A stretch of 61,863 bases of DNA from Candidatus Campbellbacteria bacterium (lineage in GTDB: Bacteria > Patescibacteriota > Minisyncoccia > Phycocordibacterales > EsbW-18). The notes under the pieces were generated by a model. That model ran no database searches. It was not told the origin of the DNA and was given only the letters and a program-made list of their open reading frames with translations. The stretch spans positions 79,553 through 141,415 of the forward strand of contig BTUR01000002.1 in assembly GCA_045863475.1 (NCBI GenBank), in the 5' to 3' direction. Shown piece by piece: positions 18,852 to 29,891 of this stretch (its first letter is position 1; each line of letters starts with the position of its first letter). The position numbers and the translations under genes are program-made.

Positions 18852-20612
18852 ATGCATTCAAACGAAATCAGACAACGGTTTCTCTCATTCTTTGAAAAGC
18901 GCGGGCACGCGATACTCCCGTCTGCCTCACTCGTGCCCGAAGGCGACGCTTCCACACTGTTTACCACTGCGGGCATGCAACCCCTCTCACCATACCTGCT
19001 CGGCACACCGCATCCAAAAGGTAAGCGCGTCGCCAATATTCAGAAGTGCGTGCGCACCGGAGACATTGATGAAGTCGGCGACAATCGTCATCTCACGTTT
19101 TTTGAAATGCTCGGCAACTGGTCCTTCGGTGATTATTTCAAACGCGAAGCAATTTCATGGAGCTATGAGCTCCTCACCTCAAAAGAAGAGGGGTTTGGAC
19201 TTGATCCTGCGCGTCTGTATGTCACGTGCTTTGAGGGCAATGAGGATGCACCAAAAGACACTGAGTCCGCCGACACGTGGAAAGACGCAGGAATTCCTCC
19301 CGAGCGAATCTTTTTCCTCGGAGCGGACGACAACTGGTGGAGCCCGGGAGACAACGGTCCGTGCGGACCTGACTCCGAGATGTTTTACGACTTGCAGCCC
19401 GAAAAAGGAGCGATTGCCGGTATGGATGCATTTATTGCTGCGCAACAAAGTGGCCGCGTCGTGGAAATCTGGAACGACGTGTTTATGGAATACGAGCGAA
19501 AAGAGGGAAAGGTCATCGGCAAACTCGCACAGCAAAACGTGGACACTGGCGCGGGACTGGAACGCCTCGCAACCGTTTTGCAGGGAAAACAAACGGTGTT
19601 TGAAACGGACATATTCGCACCGCTCATGGATGTTGCACAAACACTCTCAGACGACGAACGCTCACAACGAATACTGTCTGATCACATCCGCTCCGCTGTG
19701 TTTATGGTCGCCGACGGCTCCCTACCTTCAAATACCGACCGCGGATACGTGCTGCGCCGGCTCATCCGACGCGCTGTCATGCATTCCCAAAATCACGAAC
19801 TCGCACAGGGAGACCTCGAAAAATTTATCAGCGTTGTCATTGAAACATACTCCGGCGCACATCCTGACCTCTTGGAGAAACACGCGCACATCAACACAAT
19901 TATTGGTGCTGAGGTTTCCAAATTCTCACAAACACTTTCTCGCGGACTGAAAGAGTTTGAAAAAACAGGCACCACCATCAGCGGACAAGACGCGATGACA
20001 CTCTTTACGACATACGGTTTTCCCATTGAACTCACGTTGGAAATTGCAAAAGAAAAAGGTATTTCGGTTGACGTTGACGGGTTTACAACAGAGATGGCAA
20101 AACATCGCGAAGTGTCCCGCGCAGGTTCTGAACAAAAATTCAAAGGCGGACTTGCCGATGCTGCGTCCCCCGAGGTCGTTAAACTGCACACCGCAACGCA
20201 CCTGCTCAATGCCGCGCTGAAAAAAGTCCTCGGTAGTCACGTAAAACAAAAGGGGAGCAACATCACCACCGAACGCTTACGGTTTGATTTTGCACACGGA
20301 GAAAAAATGACCGATGAACAGAAAAAAGCCGTCGAAGCGCAGATTAATGAGTGGATTGAAAAGGGAATCCCGGTTGTACGCCGCGAGATGCCTCGTGAAG
20401 AAGCACAGAATTTGGGTGCCGAAATGGAATTCGGCGCAAAGTACCCCGACGTTGTCTCGGTATACACAATTGAAACACCTGACGAAGTGGTTTCGCGTGA
20501 ATTCTGCGGTGGTCCGCATGTTGAAAACACGCGCGATATCGGCCGCGTAACGCTTATGAAAGAGGAAGCGGTGGCTGCAGGCGTGCGTCGCATCAAAGCA
20601 GTGCTACAATAG
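18852..20612 (+). CDS. alaS: Alanine--tRNA ligase, short form ending after the editing domain
   Basis: N-terminal IRQRFLSFFEKRGH, FEMLGNWSFGDYFK, and the editing-domain HTATHLL and CGGPHV motifs. No C-Ala domain. Confidence 0.9.
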   Translation: MHSNEIRQRFLSFFEKRGHAILPSASLVPEGDASTLFTTAGMQPLSPYLLGTPHPKGKRVANIQKCVRTGDIDEVGDNRHLTFFEMLGNWSFGDYFKREAISWSYELLTSKEEGFGLDPARLYVTCFEGNEDAPKDTESADTWKDAGIPPERIFFLGADDNWWSPGDNGPCGPDSEMFYDLQPEKGAIAGMDAFIAAQQSGRVVEIWNDVFMEYERKEGKVIGKLAQQNVDTGAGLERLATVLQGKQTVFETDIFAPLMDVAQTLSDDERSQRILSDHIRSAVFMVADGSLPSNTDRGYVLRRLIRRAVMHSQNHELAQGDLEKFISVVIETYSGAHPDLLEKHAHINTIIGAEVSKFSQTLSRGLKEFEKTGTTISGQDAMTLFTTYGFPIELTLEIAKEKGISVDVDGFTTEMAKHREVSRAGSEQKFKGGLADAASPEVVKLHTATHLLNAALKKVLGSHVKQKGSNITTERLRFDFAHGEKMTDEQKKAVEAQINEWIEKGIPVVRREMPREEAQNLGAEMEFGAKYPDVVSVYTIETPDEVVSREFCGGPHVENTRDIGRVTLMKEEAVAAGVRRIKAVLQ

Positions 20613-20619
20613 AAACACT

Positions 20620-21837
20620 GTGAGTTTGTTTGGGAACTCAAAAAAAGAAGAACAGAGTGTGCTTCTGTGCACCATTGAAAGCGGGGCAGTGCATGCCTCG
20701 TTGTGCCTCATGCACCCGAAGAGCAAGCCGTTTATTGTGCACAGTGTCACAAAAACGATTCCCCTGCAGGAAACCTTTGATTTTGAACGCTTCGCAGGAG
20801 CAACGCTGCAGTCGCTTGCTGACGCATGCCAAGATGTCATTACGAAAGGCGTGCCGCACGTCTCATCACGGCGCGTGCGACGCGGGCACATCGACGCGGC
20901 ATACTGCACCTACGGCGCACCGTGGTATGTGTCGCAAACCAAAACCGTAGACGTAAAACTTCCCGGAGCCACCGTCGTCACCAAAAGCATGTTTCAGCGT
21001 CTGCTTGCCGAGCACGGCGGGCCGGAACTCTCACTTTCACTGACGGACCGAAATGACGCACCGCGCGTGTTGGAACAAAACATCATCAACATCCGTCTCA
21101 ACGGCTATCCGGTAAGTGACCCGTACGATAAAGAAGCGTCCCGCGTCTCATTCTCCGTACTCATCGGCGGCATCTCGCGCGCATTTTCTGAGTATGTTGA
21201 GGATGTCATCGGACGATTTTTCGCTTGCGACCGCATCTACCATCACGCCGGTTCCGCAACACTATACTTCGGCGTGCGTGACACGCTTGCATCGAGCGAC
21301 TCATTCCTTTGTGTTGACGTCTCAGGAGAAATCACCGACGTCTCCGCAGTCAGCGATGGTGTACTCGTGGAGACGGTAAGTTTTCCTGTGGGGGTACGCA
21401 CGTGTATGCGCTCATTCGCAGAGAGCGCAAAAGTTCTGTCGAGCGAGGTGCTCGGTGTCATGCAGGGACTCAAAGACAAAACCCTCGACGAGAAGATAAC
21501 TGCCGCCTACGAAAAAGCGGCGGAGCACGTGCGGGGCGAGTGGCAGTCGGCGTTTTCACAGGCCGTGTTGCCGCTTTTGGAACATCTGCCGCTCCCGAAA
21601 AGTGCGTTTCTCTTCGGTGATTCCGGGGAATTCGTGCGTGTCAAAAACATCCTCATTCCTACAAAACTCTCACATCCGCAGACAGGGGACGACATTGCCA
21701 CGACGCTTGTCGTCGCTGAAAGCCTTTCATCTTTCTGTGTCGTTCGTGAGGGTGTGCGCCTCGGCCACCCGCTGACACCACTTTCTGCACTCCATGTCCA
21801 CAGACTCTTGACTATGAAAAACGACCAAACGTTGTAA
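20620..21837 (+). CDS. Hypothetical protein, possibly an actin-like (ASKHA, FtsA/PilM-like) fold
   Basis: LLCTIESGAVHASL and FLCVDVSGEITDVS resemble the phosphate-1 and phosphate-2 motifs. Weak call with a GTG start. Confidence 0.4.
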   Translation: MSLFGNSKKEEQSVLLCTIESGAVHASLCLMHPKSKPFIVHSVTKTIPLQETFDFERFAGATLQSLADACQDVITKGVPHVSSRRVRRGHIDAAYCTYGAPWYVSQTKTVDVKLPGATVVTKSMFQRLLAEHGGPELSLSLTDRNDAPRVLEQNIINIRLNGYPVSDPYDKEASRVSFSVLIGGISRAFSEYVEDVIGRFFACDRIYHHAGSATLYFGVRDTLASSDSFLCVDVSGEITDVSAVSDGVLVETVSFPVGVRTCMRSFAESAKVLSSEVLGVMQGLKDKTLDEKITAAYEKAAEHVRGEWQSAFSQAVLPLLEHLPLPKSAFLFGDSGEFVRVKNILIPTKLSHPQTGDDIATTLVVAESLSSFCVVREGVRLGHPLTPLSALHVHRLLTMKNDQTL

Positions 21838-21884
21838 AATAAGGCCGTCGCACAAAACTATCAATAATTTATTTAACCACACCT

Positions 21885-23207
21885 ATGCAAGATTTTGTTC
21901 CATCGGAGAAGCGCTCTATCCGCAACATCTCCATCGACCGACCGCAAACGCTCCCGCCGCAAGACACACCCCACCACGAAGACACCTCGTCTCCTGACGC
22001 GCTCGGCGTTTCACTCCCTCCGCGCCACACCATGGAACGGAATTCCGGCTGGAAACGGTACCTCGTGCGCGGCGGTATTGTCGCCATAGGACTTCTCGTC
22101 ATTTTCTTCGTTCTCTCATCGCTGTTTGCCAGCGCAGAAGTCACCGTATATCCGAAACACACCCTCGTCTCTCTTGATCACACGTTTTCAGCCCTGCTTA
22201 CCCCGCAAAATCCGGATGACGTTCGTTTTGAAATTGTGACGCTGGACCGCGAGGCAAGCAAAGAGGTTACCGCCGCAGGTGAAGAGCGCGTTGAGAAAGC
22301 AGCTTCAGGAAGTATTGTCGTCTACAACAACTCAACCGAGTCACCACTTCTGCTTATCAAAAACACTCGTTTTGAAACGCCCAACGGCCTCGTGTTCCGC
22401 ACCCCGACATCCGTTTCTGTCCCCGGACCAACCAAAAACGCGAAAGGCGAGCTCGTCCCGGGAAGCGCTGAAGTTGAGGTTTTTGCTGATGAGGTCGGCG
22501 AACAGTACAACATCGACATGACCGACTTCGTGCTTCCCGCATTCCGCGAGAAGAACGACCCGTTGTTCACGAAAGTGTACGCGCGTTCAAAGACCGCAAT
22601 GACCGGCGGATTTGCGGGCACCGTCCGCACCGCATCAAAAGCAGACACGGACGCAGCACAGGCTCAGCTCAAAACTGAACTCGAGAAGACGCTTACAGAA
22701 AGTATCATCGGCGCAGTCCCTGAAGGATTCATTCCGGTTAACTCAACCATCGCGCTCTCATTCCAGAACCTCCCGAACAAAGACGGTGCAACCGCAGGCT
22801 CCGTTGCAGTCCGCATGAAGGGAACTGCGCGCATCGTTGCTATTGATGAGCTGTCACTCGGCAGTCAGGTTGCAAAGGCGTTTGTCGCCGGCTACACCGG
22901 CGCACCGGTCCGATTTGAAGATCTCTCCGCACTTGCAATAGACACCACGGCTTCATCAACATCACTGACGAATCTCTCAGAAATCGAACTTTCAGTTGTC
23001 GGCATCACCGACTTGGTCTGGCAGTTTGATGAAGACCAGCTCGCCGAGGACATCGCCGGCAAGAAGAAGGGGGCTTCCGGAACGGAACCCGTCTTCCAGT
23101 CATACCCGGGCATCGAGAGCGCCACGGTTTCCATCTCGCCGTTCTGGCGCCGGACCCTGCCGTCTGACGTTGAGGATATTGATATCCGTATCGGTTTGAC
23201 GGACTAG
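21885..23207 (+). CDS. Hypothetical single-pass membrane protein
   Basis: 440 aa: a Pro/Arg-rich N-terminus, one TM (GIVAIGLLVIFFVLSSLF) and a large extracytoplasmic region. No known motif. Confidence 0.5.
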   Translation: MQDFVPSEKRSIRNISIDRPQTLPPQDTPHHEDTSSPDALGVSLPPRHTMERNSGWKRYLVRGGIVAIGLLVIFFVLSSLFASAEVTVYPKHTLVSLDHTFSALLTPQNPDDVRFEIVTLDREASKEVTAAGEERVEKAASGSIVVYNNSTESPLLLIKNTRFETPNGLVFRTPTSVSVPGPTKNAKGELVPGSAEVEVFADEVGEQYNIDMTDFVLPAFREKNDPLFTKVYARSKTAMTGGFAGTVRTASKADTDAAQAQLKTELEKTLTESIIGAVPEGFIPVNSTIALSFQNLPNKDGATAGSVAVRMKGTARIVAIDELSLGSQVAKAFVAGYTGAPVRFEDLSALAIDTTASSTSLTNLSEIELSVVGITDLVWQFDEDQLAEDIAGKKKGASGTEPVFQSYPGIESATVSISPFWRRTLPSDVEDIDIRIGLTD

Positions 23208-23224
23208 TAGGGTATACTGTCTGC

Positions 23225-23482
23225 ATGGCAAAAATACCGGAAGGATCGGAAATTACGACTGGAGTCGTCATCGAAGCGCTCGCCAACGCCCTGTTTAGGG
23301 TTGAACTGGACGAGCTTCCAAAAAACCGCACCGCAGAGGAAGGGCAGGAGGGAAAACCCGCTTTTATCGCACAGTTAGGCGGTAAAATGCGCCTCCACCG
23401 CATCCGCATCATCGTCGGCGACCGTGTTGAACTCCTGTTTGACCAATACGGGGGCAAACCCCGTATTATCCGCCGCCTGTAA
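23225..23482 (+). CDS. infA: Translation initiation factor IF-1 carrying a loop insertion
   Basis: ALFRVEL...GKMR...I.VGDRV S1-like core, with about 13 extra residues (LPKNRTAEEGQEGK). Confidence 0.9.
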   Translation: MAKIPEGSEITTGVVIEALANALFRVELDELPKNRTAEEGQEGKPAFIAQLGGKMRLHRIRIIVGDRVELLFDQYGGKPRIIRRL

Positions 23483-23629
23483 GCCCTCCGAGGCGAGGGT
23501 GGGTGTTGCGCCACAGCTTTGGCTGTGTTACTCTGTCATGGTTTCACTTACGGCTTATATAAGCCCGTGTGGTGACGTCTGATAGAGACGCTGTTTTCGT
23601 TTCTGTCGGGTACGTATAACGTTGTAGAT

Positions 23630-23743
23630 ATGCGGGTAAAATCATCTGTAAAAAAACGATGCATCAAGTGCCAACTCGTCCGACGCAAAGGACGGATTCG
23701 CGTTGTCTGTGCAAACCCGCGTCATAAACAGCGCCAGGGCTAA
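23630..23743 (+). CDS. rpmJ: 50S ribosomal protein L36
   Basis: A 37-aa [40 protein letters not shown], absent from the 60-aa ORF track. Confidence 0.9.
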   Translation: MRVKSSVKKRCIKCQLVRRKGRIRVVCANPRHKQRQG

Positions 23744-23760
23744 TTTTTCATATTCATACC

Positions 23761-24141
23761 ATGCGTATTGCAGGCATTACACTTCCGGATAAAAAGCAGA
23801 TTGAATTCGCACTCACCGCGGTGTACGGCATCGGCCGTTCACGCGCACGCAAAGTGCTCACGACAGCAAAAATTGATTTCGACAAGAAAGCCGGCGAGCT
23901 CACCGAAGCGCAGGAAAACGCAATCCGCAAAGCACTCGAAGGATACGTTCTTGAAGGTGATCTCAAGCGCGAAATCTCAGGCAACGTAAAGCGTTTGAAA
24001 GACGCGGGTACGTACCGCGGCATGCGCCACAGCCGAAAGCTTCCGGTTCGCGGTCAGCGCACCAAGACAAACTCACGCACGGTGCGCGGTAACGTTCGCA
24101 AGACCATGGGCTCCGGTAAGCGTAAGGTTGAACTCAAATAA
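23761..24141 (+). CDS. rpsM: 30S ribosomal protein S13
   Basis: MRIAGI.LP start, GIG motif and conserved operon position. Confidence 0.95.
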   Translation: MRIAGITLPDKKQIEFALTAVYGIGRSRARKVLTTAKIDFDKKAGELTEAQENAIRKALEGYVLEGDLKREISGNVKRLKDAGTYRGMRHSRKLPVRGQRTKTNSRTVRGNVRKTMGSGKRKVELK

Positions 24142-24144
24142 TCT

Positions 24145-24576
24145 ATGGGAAAAAAACGCGTTGCAACTAAATCAGGAGGTGCTGAAGGAACGGCTCAAAC
24201 AGCCGGTTCGCGCGTTTCGCGCAAGCGCATCGACACGGGCGTCATGCACATTGAAGCAACCTACAACAACACAAAGGTGACGTTGACCACCCGCGAAGGT
24301 GACGTCGTTACCTGGTCTTCGAGCGGTTCATTGGGCTACAAAGGAGCGAAGAAGGGCACGCCGTTTGCAGCTGCGAAAGTCGGCGAACTCGTTGGTGACC
24401 GCGCCCACGCACTCGGTGTCCGCGAGGTAGCCGTTGTTGTCACGGGTGTGGGTTCGGGCCGTGAATCAGCTATCCGTTCGTTCGTCGCAAAAAGCGGCGC
24501 CAACATTGCGTCTATCCAAGACCGAACGCCGGTTCCGTTTAACGGTCCGCGTCCTAAGAAACCGCGCCGCGTGTAA
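24145..24576 (+). CDS. rpsK: 30S ribosomal protein S11
   Basis: The HI.ATYNNT...GS.GYKGAKKGTPFAA core. Confidence 0.95.
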   Translation: MGKKRVATKSGGAEGTAQTAGSRVSRKRIDTGVMHIEATYNNTKVTLTTREGDVVTWSSSGSLGYKGAKKGTPFAAAKVGELVGDRAHALGVREVAVVVTGVGSGRESAIRSFVAKSGANIASIQDRTPVPFNGPRPKKPRRV

Positions 24577-24584
24577 TCATTTTT

Positions 24585-25205
24585 ATGCACCGACCTAAAC
24601 GATTCAAAATTGCCCGTCGCCTTGGTCCTGCCGTCTTTGAACAGACGCAGACTGAGCGTTTTGCACTCTCTGAAGCCCGCAAGAAAAAGGGTCAGGAGAA
24701 AGGAAAACACCGCCGCAACATCTCCGCATACAACATTGCCCTTCGCGACAAACAGCGCGTGCGCTTCTACTATGGTGTCACTGAGCGTCAGTTTGCCCGC
24801 TACGTGAAAGAATCCGCTGCAAAGACCGGTGATCCGAGCATTACGCTCTTTTCAACTCTTGAACGTCGTCTTGATAACGTCGTGTTCCGTTCCGGCTTGG
24901 CACCGACACACCGCGCAGCACGCCAGATGGTGTCGCACGGCCACATCACGGTTAACGGCAAGAAAATTCGCGTTCCGTCACACACGGTGCACGAAGGCGA
25001 CCTCATTGCTGTGCGCGACGGCAGCCGCAATCTCAAACCGTTCATCAAAGAGGGTGGCGAGAAAGAAGCAGCAGTCACGAAGCTTCCGAGCTGGATTGCA
25101 TTTGATGAGAAAAAGAGCGCGTGGAAGGTAAGTGGCGCGCCGAAAGCGGATGAGATGCAGTCGGCATTCAACTTTACGTCAATTATTGAGTTTTATTCAC
25201 GTTAA
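24585..25205 (+). CDS. rpsD: 30S ribosomal protein S4
   Basis: YG..ERQF and LERRLDNVVFR motifs with an S4 domain. Confidence 0.95.
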   Translation: MHRPKRFKIARRLGPAVFEQTQTERFALSEARKKKGQEKGKHRRNISAYNIALRDKQRVRFYYGVTERQFARYVKESAAKTGDPSITLFSTLERRLDNVVFRSGLAPTHRAARQMVSHGHITVNGKKIRVPSHTVHEGDLIAVRDGSRNLKPFIKEGGEKEAAVTKLPSWIAFDEKKSAWKVSGAPKADEMQSAFNFTSIIEFYSR

Positions 25206-25226
25206 TCGCTTAACAAAGATTGAGTT

Positions 25227-26204
25227 ATGGAATACGCGATTCATTTACCGTCACAGCCGAAAGTCGTCCTTGAAAAGGATGCTACCGGCGTGTACCAAAT
25301 CGACGGCTTGTACCCGGGGTACGGTCACACCCTCGGCAACTCGCTGCGTCGCATTATTTTGTCATCGATTCCGGGCGCCGCTATCACTGCGGTGAAAATC
25401 GAGGGTGTAGCGCACGAATTCTCGACCATCGAAGGTGTAAAGGAAGACGTCATCACGCTCTTGCTTAACCTTCGCCAGGTTCGCTTCCAGCTGAACTCTG
25501 AGGGTCCGCAGACCGTAACGCTCTCCATGAAAGGCCCGAAAAAAATCACCGCGGGCGACATTACCGTTCCCGGACAGATGAAGGTCCTCAACCCGGATCT
25601 CTACATCGCAGAAGTCACGAGCAAAAAAGACATCGAGGTCGAAATGACCGTCGAGCGCGGCTTGGGTTACGTTGCGAAAGAAAACATCCAGAAAGACCGC
25701 GTTGAAATCGGCGCTATTGTTCTTGATGCCGTTTTTACACCGATTCGCCGCGCAACCTACGAAGTTGAGAACATGCGTGTCGGCGACCGAACGGACTTCA
25801 ACCGCTTGAAAGTGCTCATCGAAACCGACGGCACCATCTCACCGCGCGAAGTGCTTGAACGCTCAATTGCAACCATGATTCACCAACTCAAGGCCATCGT
25901 CGGCTTCCAGGAGGAAGACTTCGAGGAGGCAGTCGTGAAAGAAGTTCGCGGCGAAGAGGGTGAAGCAGCGGAAGCAGTAGTTCCGGAAGGTGAAGACGCA
26001 AAAGAATTCCTCAAGACCCGCATCGAATCACTCAGCCTTTCAACCCGCACGGAGAACGCACTTTCGGGTGCAAACATCCGCACGGTCGGAGGCTTGGTTC
26101 GCAAGAAAGAAGCGGACTTGCTGGAAGTCGAGGGTCTCGGCGACAAGGGATTGCAGGAAATTCGCCGCGCACTCGCAAATTATGGTATTATCTTGCGCCA
26201 ATAG
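25227..26204 (+). CDS. rpoA: DNA-directed RNA polymerase alpha subunit
   Basis: GHTLGNSLRRILLSS-like motif and a C-terminal HhH domain (LSLSTRTENAL). Confidence 0.95.
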   Translation: MEYAIHLPSQPKVVLEKDATGVYQIDGLYPGYGHTLGNSLRRIILSSIPGAAITAVKIEGVAHEFSTIEGVKEDVITLLLNLRQVRFQLNSEGPQTVTLSMKGPKKITAGDITVPGQMKVLNPDLYIAEVTSKKDIEVEMTVERGLGYVAKENIQKDRVEIGAIVLDAVFTPIRRATYEVENMRVGDRTDFNRLKVLIETDGTISPREVLERSIATMIHQLKAIVGFQEEDFEEAVVKEVRGEEGEAAEAVVPEGEDAKEFLKTRIESLSLSTRTENALSGANIRTVGGLVRKKEADLLEVEGLGDKGLQEIRRALANYGIILRQ

Positions 26205-26228
26205 TTTTTGATCTGACACCACGCGAGT

Positions 26229-26585
26229 ATGAGACACCACAACGCAAACAGAAAATTTGGACGGGAAAAAGGACAGCGCGAAGCGCTGACCCGCTCCCTT
26301 GCGCGTGAACTCATTATTCGCGAGAAAATCCAGACCACCGAGGCACGTGCCAAGGAAATTCGCCCCATTGTTGAGAAACTCGTGACGAAGGCAAAGAACC
26401 CGACGCTCGCAAACCGCCGCGCACTCATCTCACAGATGGGTTCCGAAGATCTCTCAACCATCAACAAACTCATCGACATCCTGGGACCGAAGTTCATGGA
26501 ACGAGCAGGAGGCTACACACGCATCACGAAGCTCGGTCAGCGAGCAAGCGACGGCGCACCGCAGGCAGTCATTGAATTCGTATAA
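26229..26585 (+). CDS. rplQ: 50S ribosomal protein L17
   Basis: MRHHNANRKFGR start and GGYTRI motif. Confidence 0.95.
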   Translation: MRHHNANRKFGREKGQREALTRSLARELIIREKIQTTEARAKEIRPIVEKLVTKAKNPTLANRRALISQMGSEDLSTINKLIDILGPKFMERAGGYTRITKLGQRASDGAPQAVIEFV

Positions 26586-26587
26586 GT

Positions 26588-26929
26588 ATGATTACCATCG
26601 ACGCACAAAACAAAAAGCTCGGACGTGTCGCAACAGCGGCGGTTAAAGCGCTGCGCGGGAAGGATTCCGCTTCATTTGCACCGAACGTCGAGCCGAAGCG
26701 CGACGTCACCATTCTCAACGCGTCAAAACTCGACGTCTCCGCAAAGAAAATGAAAGGGAAGCTCTACTGGAGCCACTCCGGTTTCATGGGCGGATTTAAA
26801 AAGCAGACCATGACGACGCTCGTAACCAAGAAAGGTTTGGAGGAAGCACTCCGCAAAGCAATTTACGGCATGTTGCCCACCAACAAGCTCCGTGCACGCA
26901 TGATGAAGCGGCTCACGATTAAAGCATAA
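26588..26929 (+). CDS. rplM: 50S ribosomal protein L13 (short)
   Basis: LGRVAT..A..LRGK and GMLP.N.L motifs. Confidence 0.9.
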   Translation: MITIDAQNKKLGRVATAAVKALRGKDSASFAPNVEPKRDVTILNASKLDVSAKKMKGKLYWSHSGFMGGFKKQTMTTLVTKKGLEEALRKAIYGMLPTNKLRARMMKRLTIKA

Positions 26930-26931
26930 CT

Positions 26932-27345
26932 ATGACTACAGCGAAGAAAAAAGAAGGACACTACGAGGAGGGTATCGGCCGCCGCAAAGAAGCGCTCGCG
27001 CGCGTTCGCGTCATCTTGGGTAAAAAGGGCCACCACGCAACAATCAACGACCGTGCATACACGGAATTCTTCCCGACGCAGGATCTCCAGCACACCGTTC
27101 TTGACGCACTGGTAGCCGCAGGCGTCGCTGACGCTGAAGTTACCGCAAAGGTATCCGGTGGCGGTATCCGTGCACAAGCAGAGGCGGTTCGTCTCGGCAT
27201 CGCACGCGCACTCCTCAAATACGATTTGGCACACCGCCCGGCACTGAAAACGGCGGGATTCCTCAAGCGCGACGCTCGCGTCGTCGAACGAAAGAAGTTC
27301 GGTCTCAGAAAGGCACGCAGAGCTCCACAATGGAGCAAAAGATAA
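26932..27345 (+). CDS. rpsI: 30S ribosomal protein S9
   Basis: GRRKEA.ARV and GGG...QA.A...GIARAL motifs, ending in [17 protein letters not shown]. Confidence 0.95.
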   Translation: MTTAKKKEGHYEEGIGRRKEALARVRVILGKKGHHATINDRAYTEFFPTQDLQHTVLDALVAAGVADAEVTAKVSGGGIRAQAEAVRLGIARALLKYDLAHRPALKTAGFLKRDARVVERKKFGLRKARRAPQWSKR

Positions 27346-27441
27346 TTTATTATCTTTTGCTCTGATACCCGCAGGGTAGCGGTCGTTGCCGAGCCCTGAG
27401 CGAGGCAGACCGCAAGTGGAGTAAACGCCCCATAACCTTTT

Positions 27442-28005
27442 ATGACCTCCCACCACAAAAAACCAGGAGTAGACGATATCGATATCGTTCCGGAAAACGA
27501 GGGGCACTCGTCATTCAAGCCGAAAAAGTCCGACGACATCAAGTCGGAGCTCGCCGCGTGCCGCAAACAGTCGTCTGAGTACCTGGAAGGCTGGCAGCGC
27601 GCCAAGGCGGATCTCATCAACTTCAAGCGCGAAGCTGAGGAGAAACGTAAGCAACACTCGAAATACGCGGCTGAAGACCTGATTGCGCAATGTATTCCGG
27701 TGCTCGACTCATTTGATATGGCATTTCGCGACAAGGCCGCGTGGGAACAGGCACCTGAAAACTGGCGCCGCGGCGTAGAGTTCATCCACACGCAATTCCT
27801 CTCCGTCCTCCGTGACAACGGTGTTGTACCGCTCTCGCCCGCAGGTGAGAAATTTGACCCTGCACAGCACGATTCCGCAGGCACCGTCTCCGTTGACAGT
27901 CCTGACGCTGACGGTATTATTCACGACGTCGTACAGCGCGGATACAAGCTTCACGAGAAGCTGATACGCGCGCCGAAAGTAATCGTCGGCCACTATCAAT
28001 CATAA
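27442..28005 (+). CDS. grpE: Nucleotide exchange factor GrpE
   Basis: [18 protein letters not shown] and the C-terminal GY.L..KLIRPA.V motifs. Confidence 0.9.
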   Translation: MTSHHKKPGVDDIDIVPENEGHSSFKPKKSDDIKSELAACRKQSSEYLEGWQRAKADLINFKREAEEKRKQHSKYAAEDLIAQCIPVLDSFDMAFRDKAAWEQAPENWRRGVEFIHTQFLSVLRDNGVVPLSPAGEKFDPAQHDSAGTVSVDSPDADGIIHDVVQRGYKLHEKLIRAPKVIVGHYQS

Positions 28006-28019
28006 TCAGCACATCATCT

Positions 28020-29891
28020 ATGGGAAAAATACTTGGCATTGATCTTGGAACAACAAACTCCGCAATGGCATACGTCCAGGGCGGGGAACCGACCATTATT
28101 GAAAACGCGGAGGGAAACCGCACCACGCCGTCCGTCGTTGCCGTTTCAAAAACAGGCGACCGGCTCGTGGGTCTTATTGCACGCCGCCAGGCGGTCACCA
28201 ACCCGAGTAACACCATTTACGGCATCAAGCGCCTCATGGGACACCGCTTTGAAGAAGACGCCGTCAAAAAAGAGAAGGGTGCCGTGCCGTTTGAAATCGT
28301 GTCTGAGAGCGACGGCGGTGCAGCGGTCAAGATGAATGATAAGGCGTACCGCCCCGAGGAAGTCTCCGCAATGATTTTGGGCAAACTAAAAGCGGACGCG
28401 GAAGCAAAACTCGGCGAGAAAATTACGGAGGCGGTCATCACCGTTCCCGCATACTTCAACGACTCACAGCGCAAGGCAACGAAAGACGCCGGCAAAATCG
28501 CAGGTCTTGATGTGAAGCGCATCATCAATGAGCCAACCGCTGCCGCACTCGCGTACGGTTTCAATAAAAAGAAGAACGAACAGATTGTCGTCTTTGACTT
28601 CGGCGGCGGTACCTTCGACATCTCCGTCTTGGAAGTGGGCGACGACGTTGTTGAGGTGAAGGCAACCGGCGGCGACAGCCACCTCGGCGGCCGTGACATC
28701 GACCAGAAAATCGTCCGCTACATCCTTGATGAGTTCAAGAAAGAGTCGGGTCTTGATATCTCAAAAGATCCGCTCGCCCTCCAGCGTCTCGACGAAGCGG
28801 CCGAAAAAGCGAAGCACGAACTCTCAACAACAACTGATACTGAAGTAAACATTCCGTTTATCGCATCCGATTCTTCGGGTCCGCGCCACCTGCTCGTGAA
28901 AATTACGCGCGCGAAACTTGAGGAAATCACCAAAGAGTTCATTGACCGCGCAATGGAAATCACCAAAAACGTCATTGCCGACTCACCGTTTAAAAAAGAG
29001 GACATTGATGAGGTTATCCTCGTCGGCGGACAAACCCGCATGCCCGCAATTCAGGCGGCTGTGAAAGAATTCTTCGGCAAAGAACCGAACCGCACCATCA
29101 ACCCGGATGAAGTCGTCGCCCTCGGTGCCGCCATTCAGGCAGGTATTCTCCAGGGTGATGTTCGCGACGTGCTTTTGCTTGACGTAACGCCACTCTCACT
29201 TGGTCTTGAAACACTCGGTGGTGTTGCAACGAAGCTCATTGATAAAAACACAACCATTCCGGCGACAAAATCACAGGTATTCTCAACGGCATCTGACAAC
29301 CAGACCTCCGTGGAAATCCACGTCGTGCAGGGAGAGCGTCCGATGGCAGCGGACAACCGCTCTCTGGGCCGCTTTATCCTCGATGGCATTCCGCCGTCCC
29401 CGCGCGGCACCCCGCAAGTTGAAGTGTCATTTGACCTCGATGCAAACGGAATCCTCACCGTCAAAGCAAAAGACAAAACCTCCGGCAAAGAGCAGTCCAT
29501 CAAGATTGAAGGTTCCTCAGCGCTTTCAGAGGACGACATCAACAAGATGAAGCAAGACGCCGAGAAGCACGCCGACGAAGACCGCAAGAAAAAAGAACTC
29601 GCCGACGCGCGCAATCTCGCAGACCAAACAACACTCATTGCAGAGAAAGCACTCCAGGACGCGGGTGACAAAGTTCCGAAAGACCTCGCCGACGCCGTGC
29701 GTGCAAAGGTAGACGACGTAAAGAAAGCAAAAGACGGCACGGACGTAGCCGCTATCAACACCGCCGTGCAAACACTTTCAACTGAGATGCAGAAAATCGG
29801 ACAGCACATGCAGCAAAGCGCTCAGCCGAAAGCAGAAGAAGGTCCGAAAGACGCGGACTTCAAAGAAGAAGGCGACGACAAAAAGGAGTAA
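28020..29891 (+). CDS. dnaK: Chaperone DnaK (Hsp70)
   Basis: [17 protein letters not shown] and VGGQTRMP motifs. Confidence 0.97.
   Translation: MGKILGIDLGTTNSAMAYVQGGEPTIIENAEGNRTTPSVVAVSKTGDRLVGLIARRQAVTNPSNTIYGIKRLMGHRFEEDAVKKEKGAVPFEIVSESDGGAAVKMNDKAYRPEEVSAMILGKLKADAEAKLGEKITEAVITVPAYFNDSQRKATKDAGKIAGLDVKRIINEPTAAALAYGFNKKKNEQIVVFDFGGGTFDISVLEVGDDVVEVKATGGDSHLGGRDIDQKIVRYILDEFKKESGLDISKDPLALQRLDEAAEKAKHELSTTTDTEVNIPFIASDSSGPRHLLVKITRAKLEEITKEFIDRAMEITKNVIADSPFKKEDIDEVILVGGQTRMPAIQAAVKEFFGKEPNRTINPDEVVALGAAIQAGILQGDVRDVLLLDVTPLSLGLETLGGVATKLIDKNTTIPATKSQVFSTASDNQTSVEIHVVQGERPMAADNRSLGRFILDGIPPSPRGTPQVEVSFDLDANGILTVKAKDKTSGKEQSIKIEGSSALSEDDINKMKQDAEKHADEDRKKKELADARNLADQTTLIAEKALQDAGDKVPKDLADAVRAKVDDVKKAKDGTDVAAINTAVQTLSTEMQKIGQHMQQSAQPKAEEGPKDADFKEEGDDKKE

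Noticed and set aside
27346-27441. CIRCE/HrcA operator upstream of grpE-dnaK
   Set aside because: No TTAGCACTC-N9-GAGTGCTAA-like inverted repeat is present. Only unrelated GC-rich hairpins are there.
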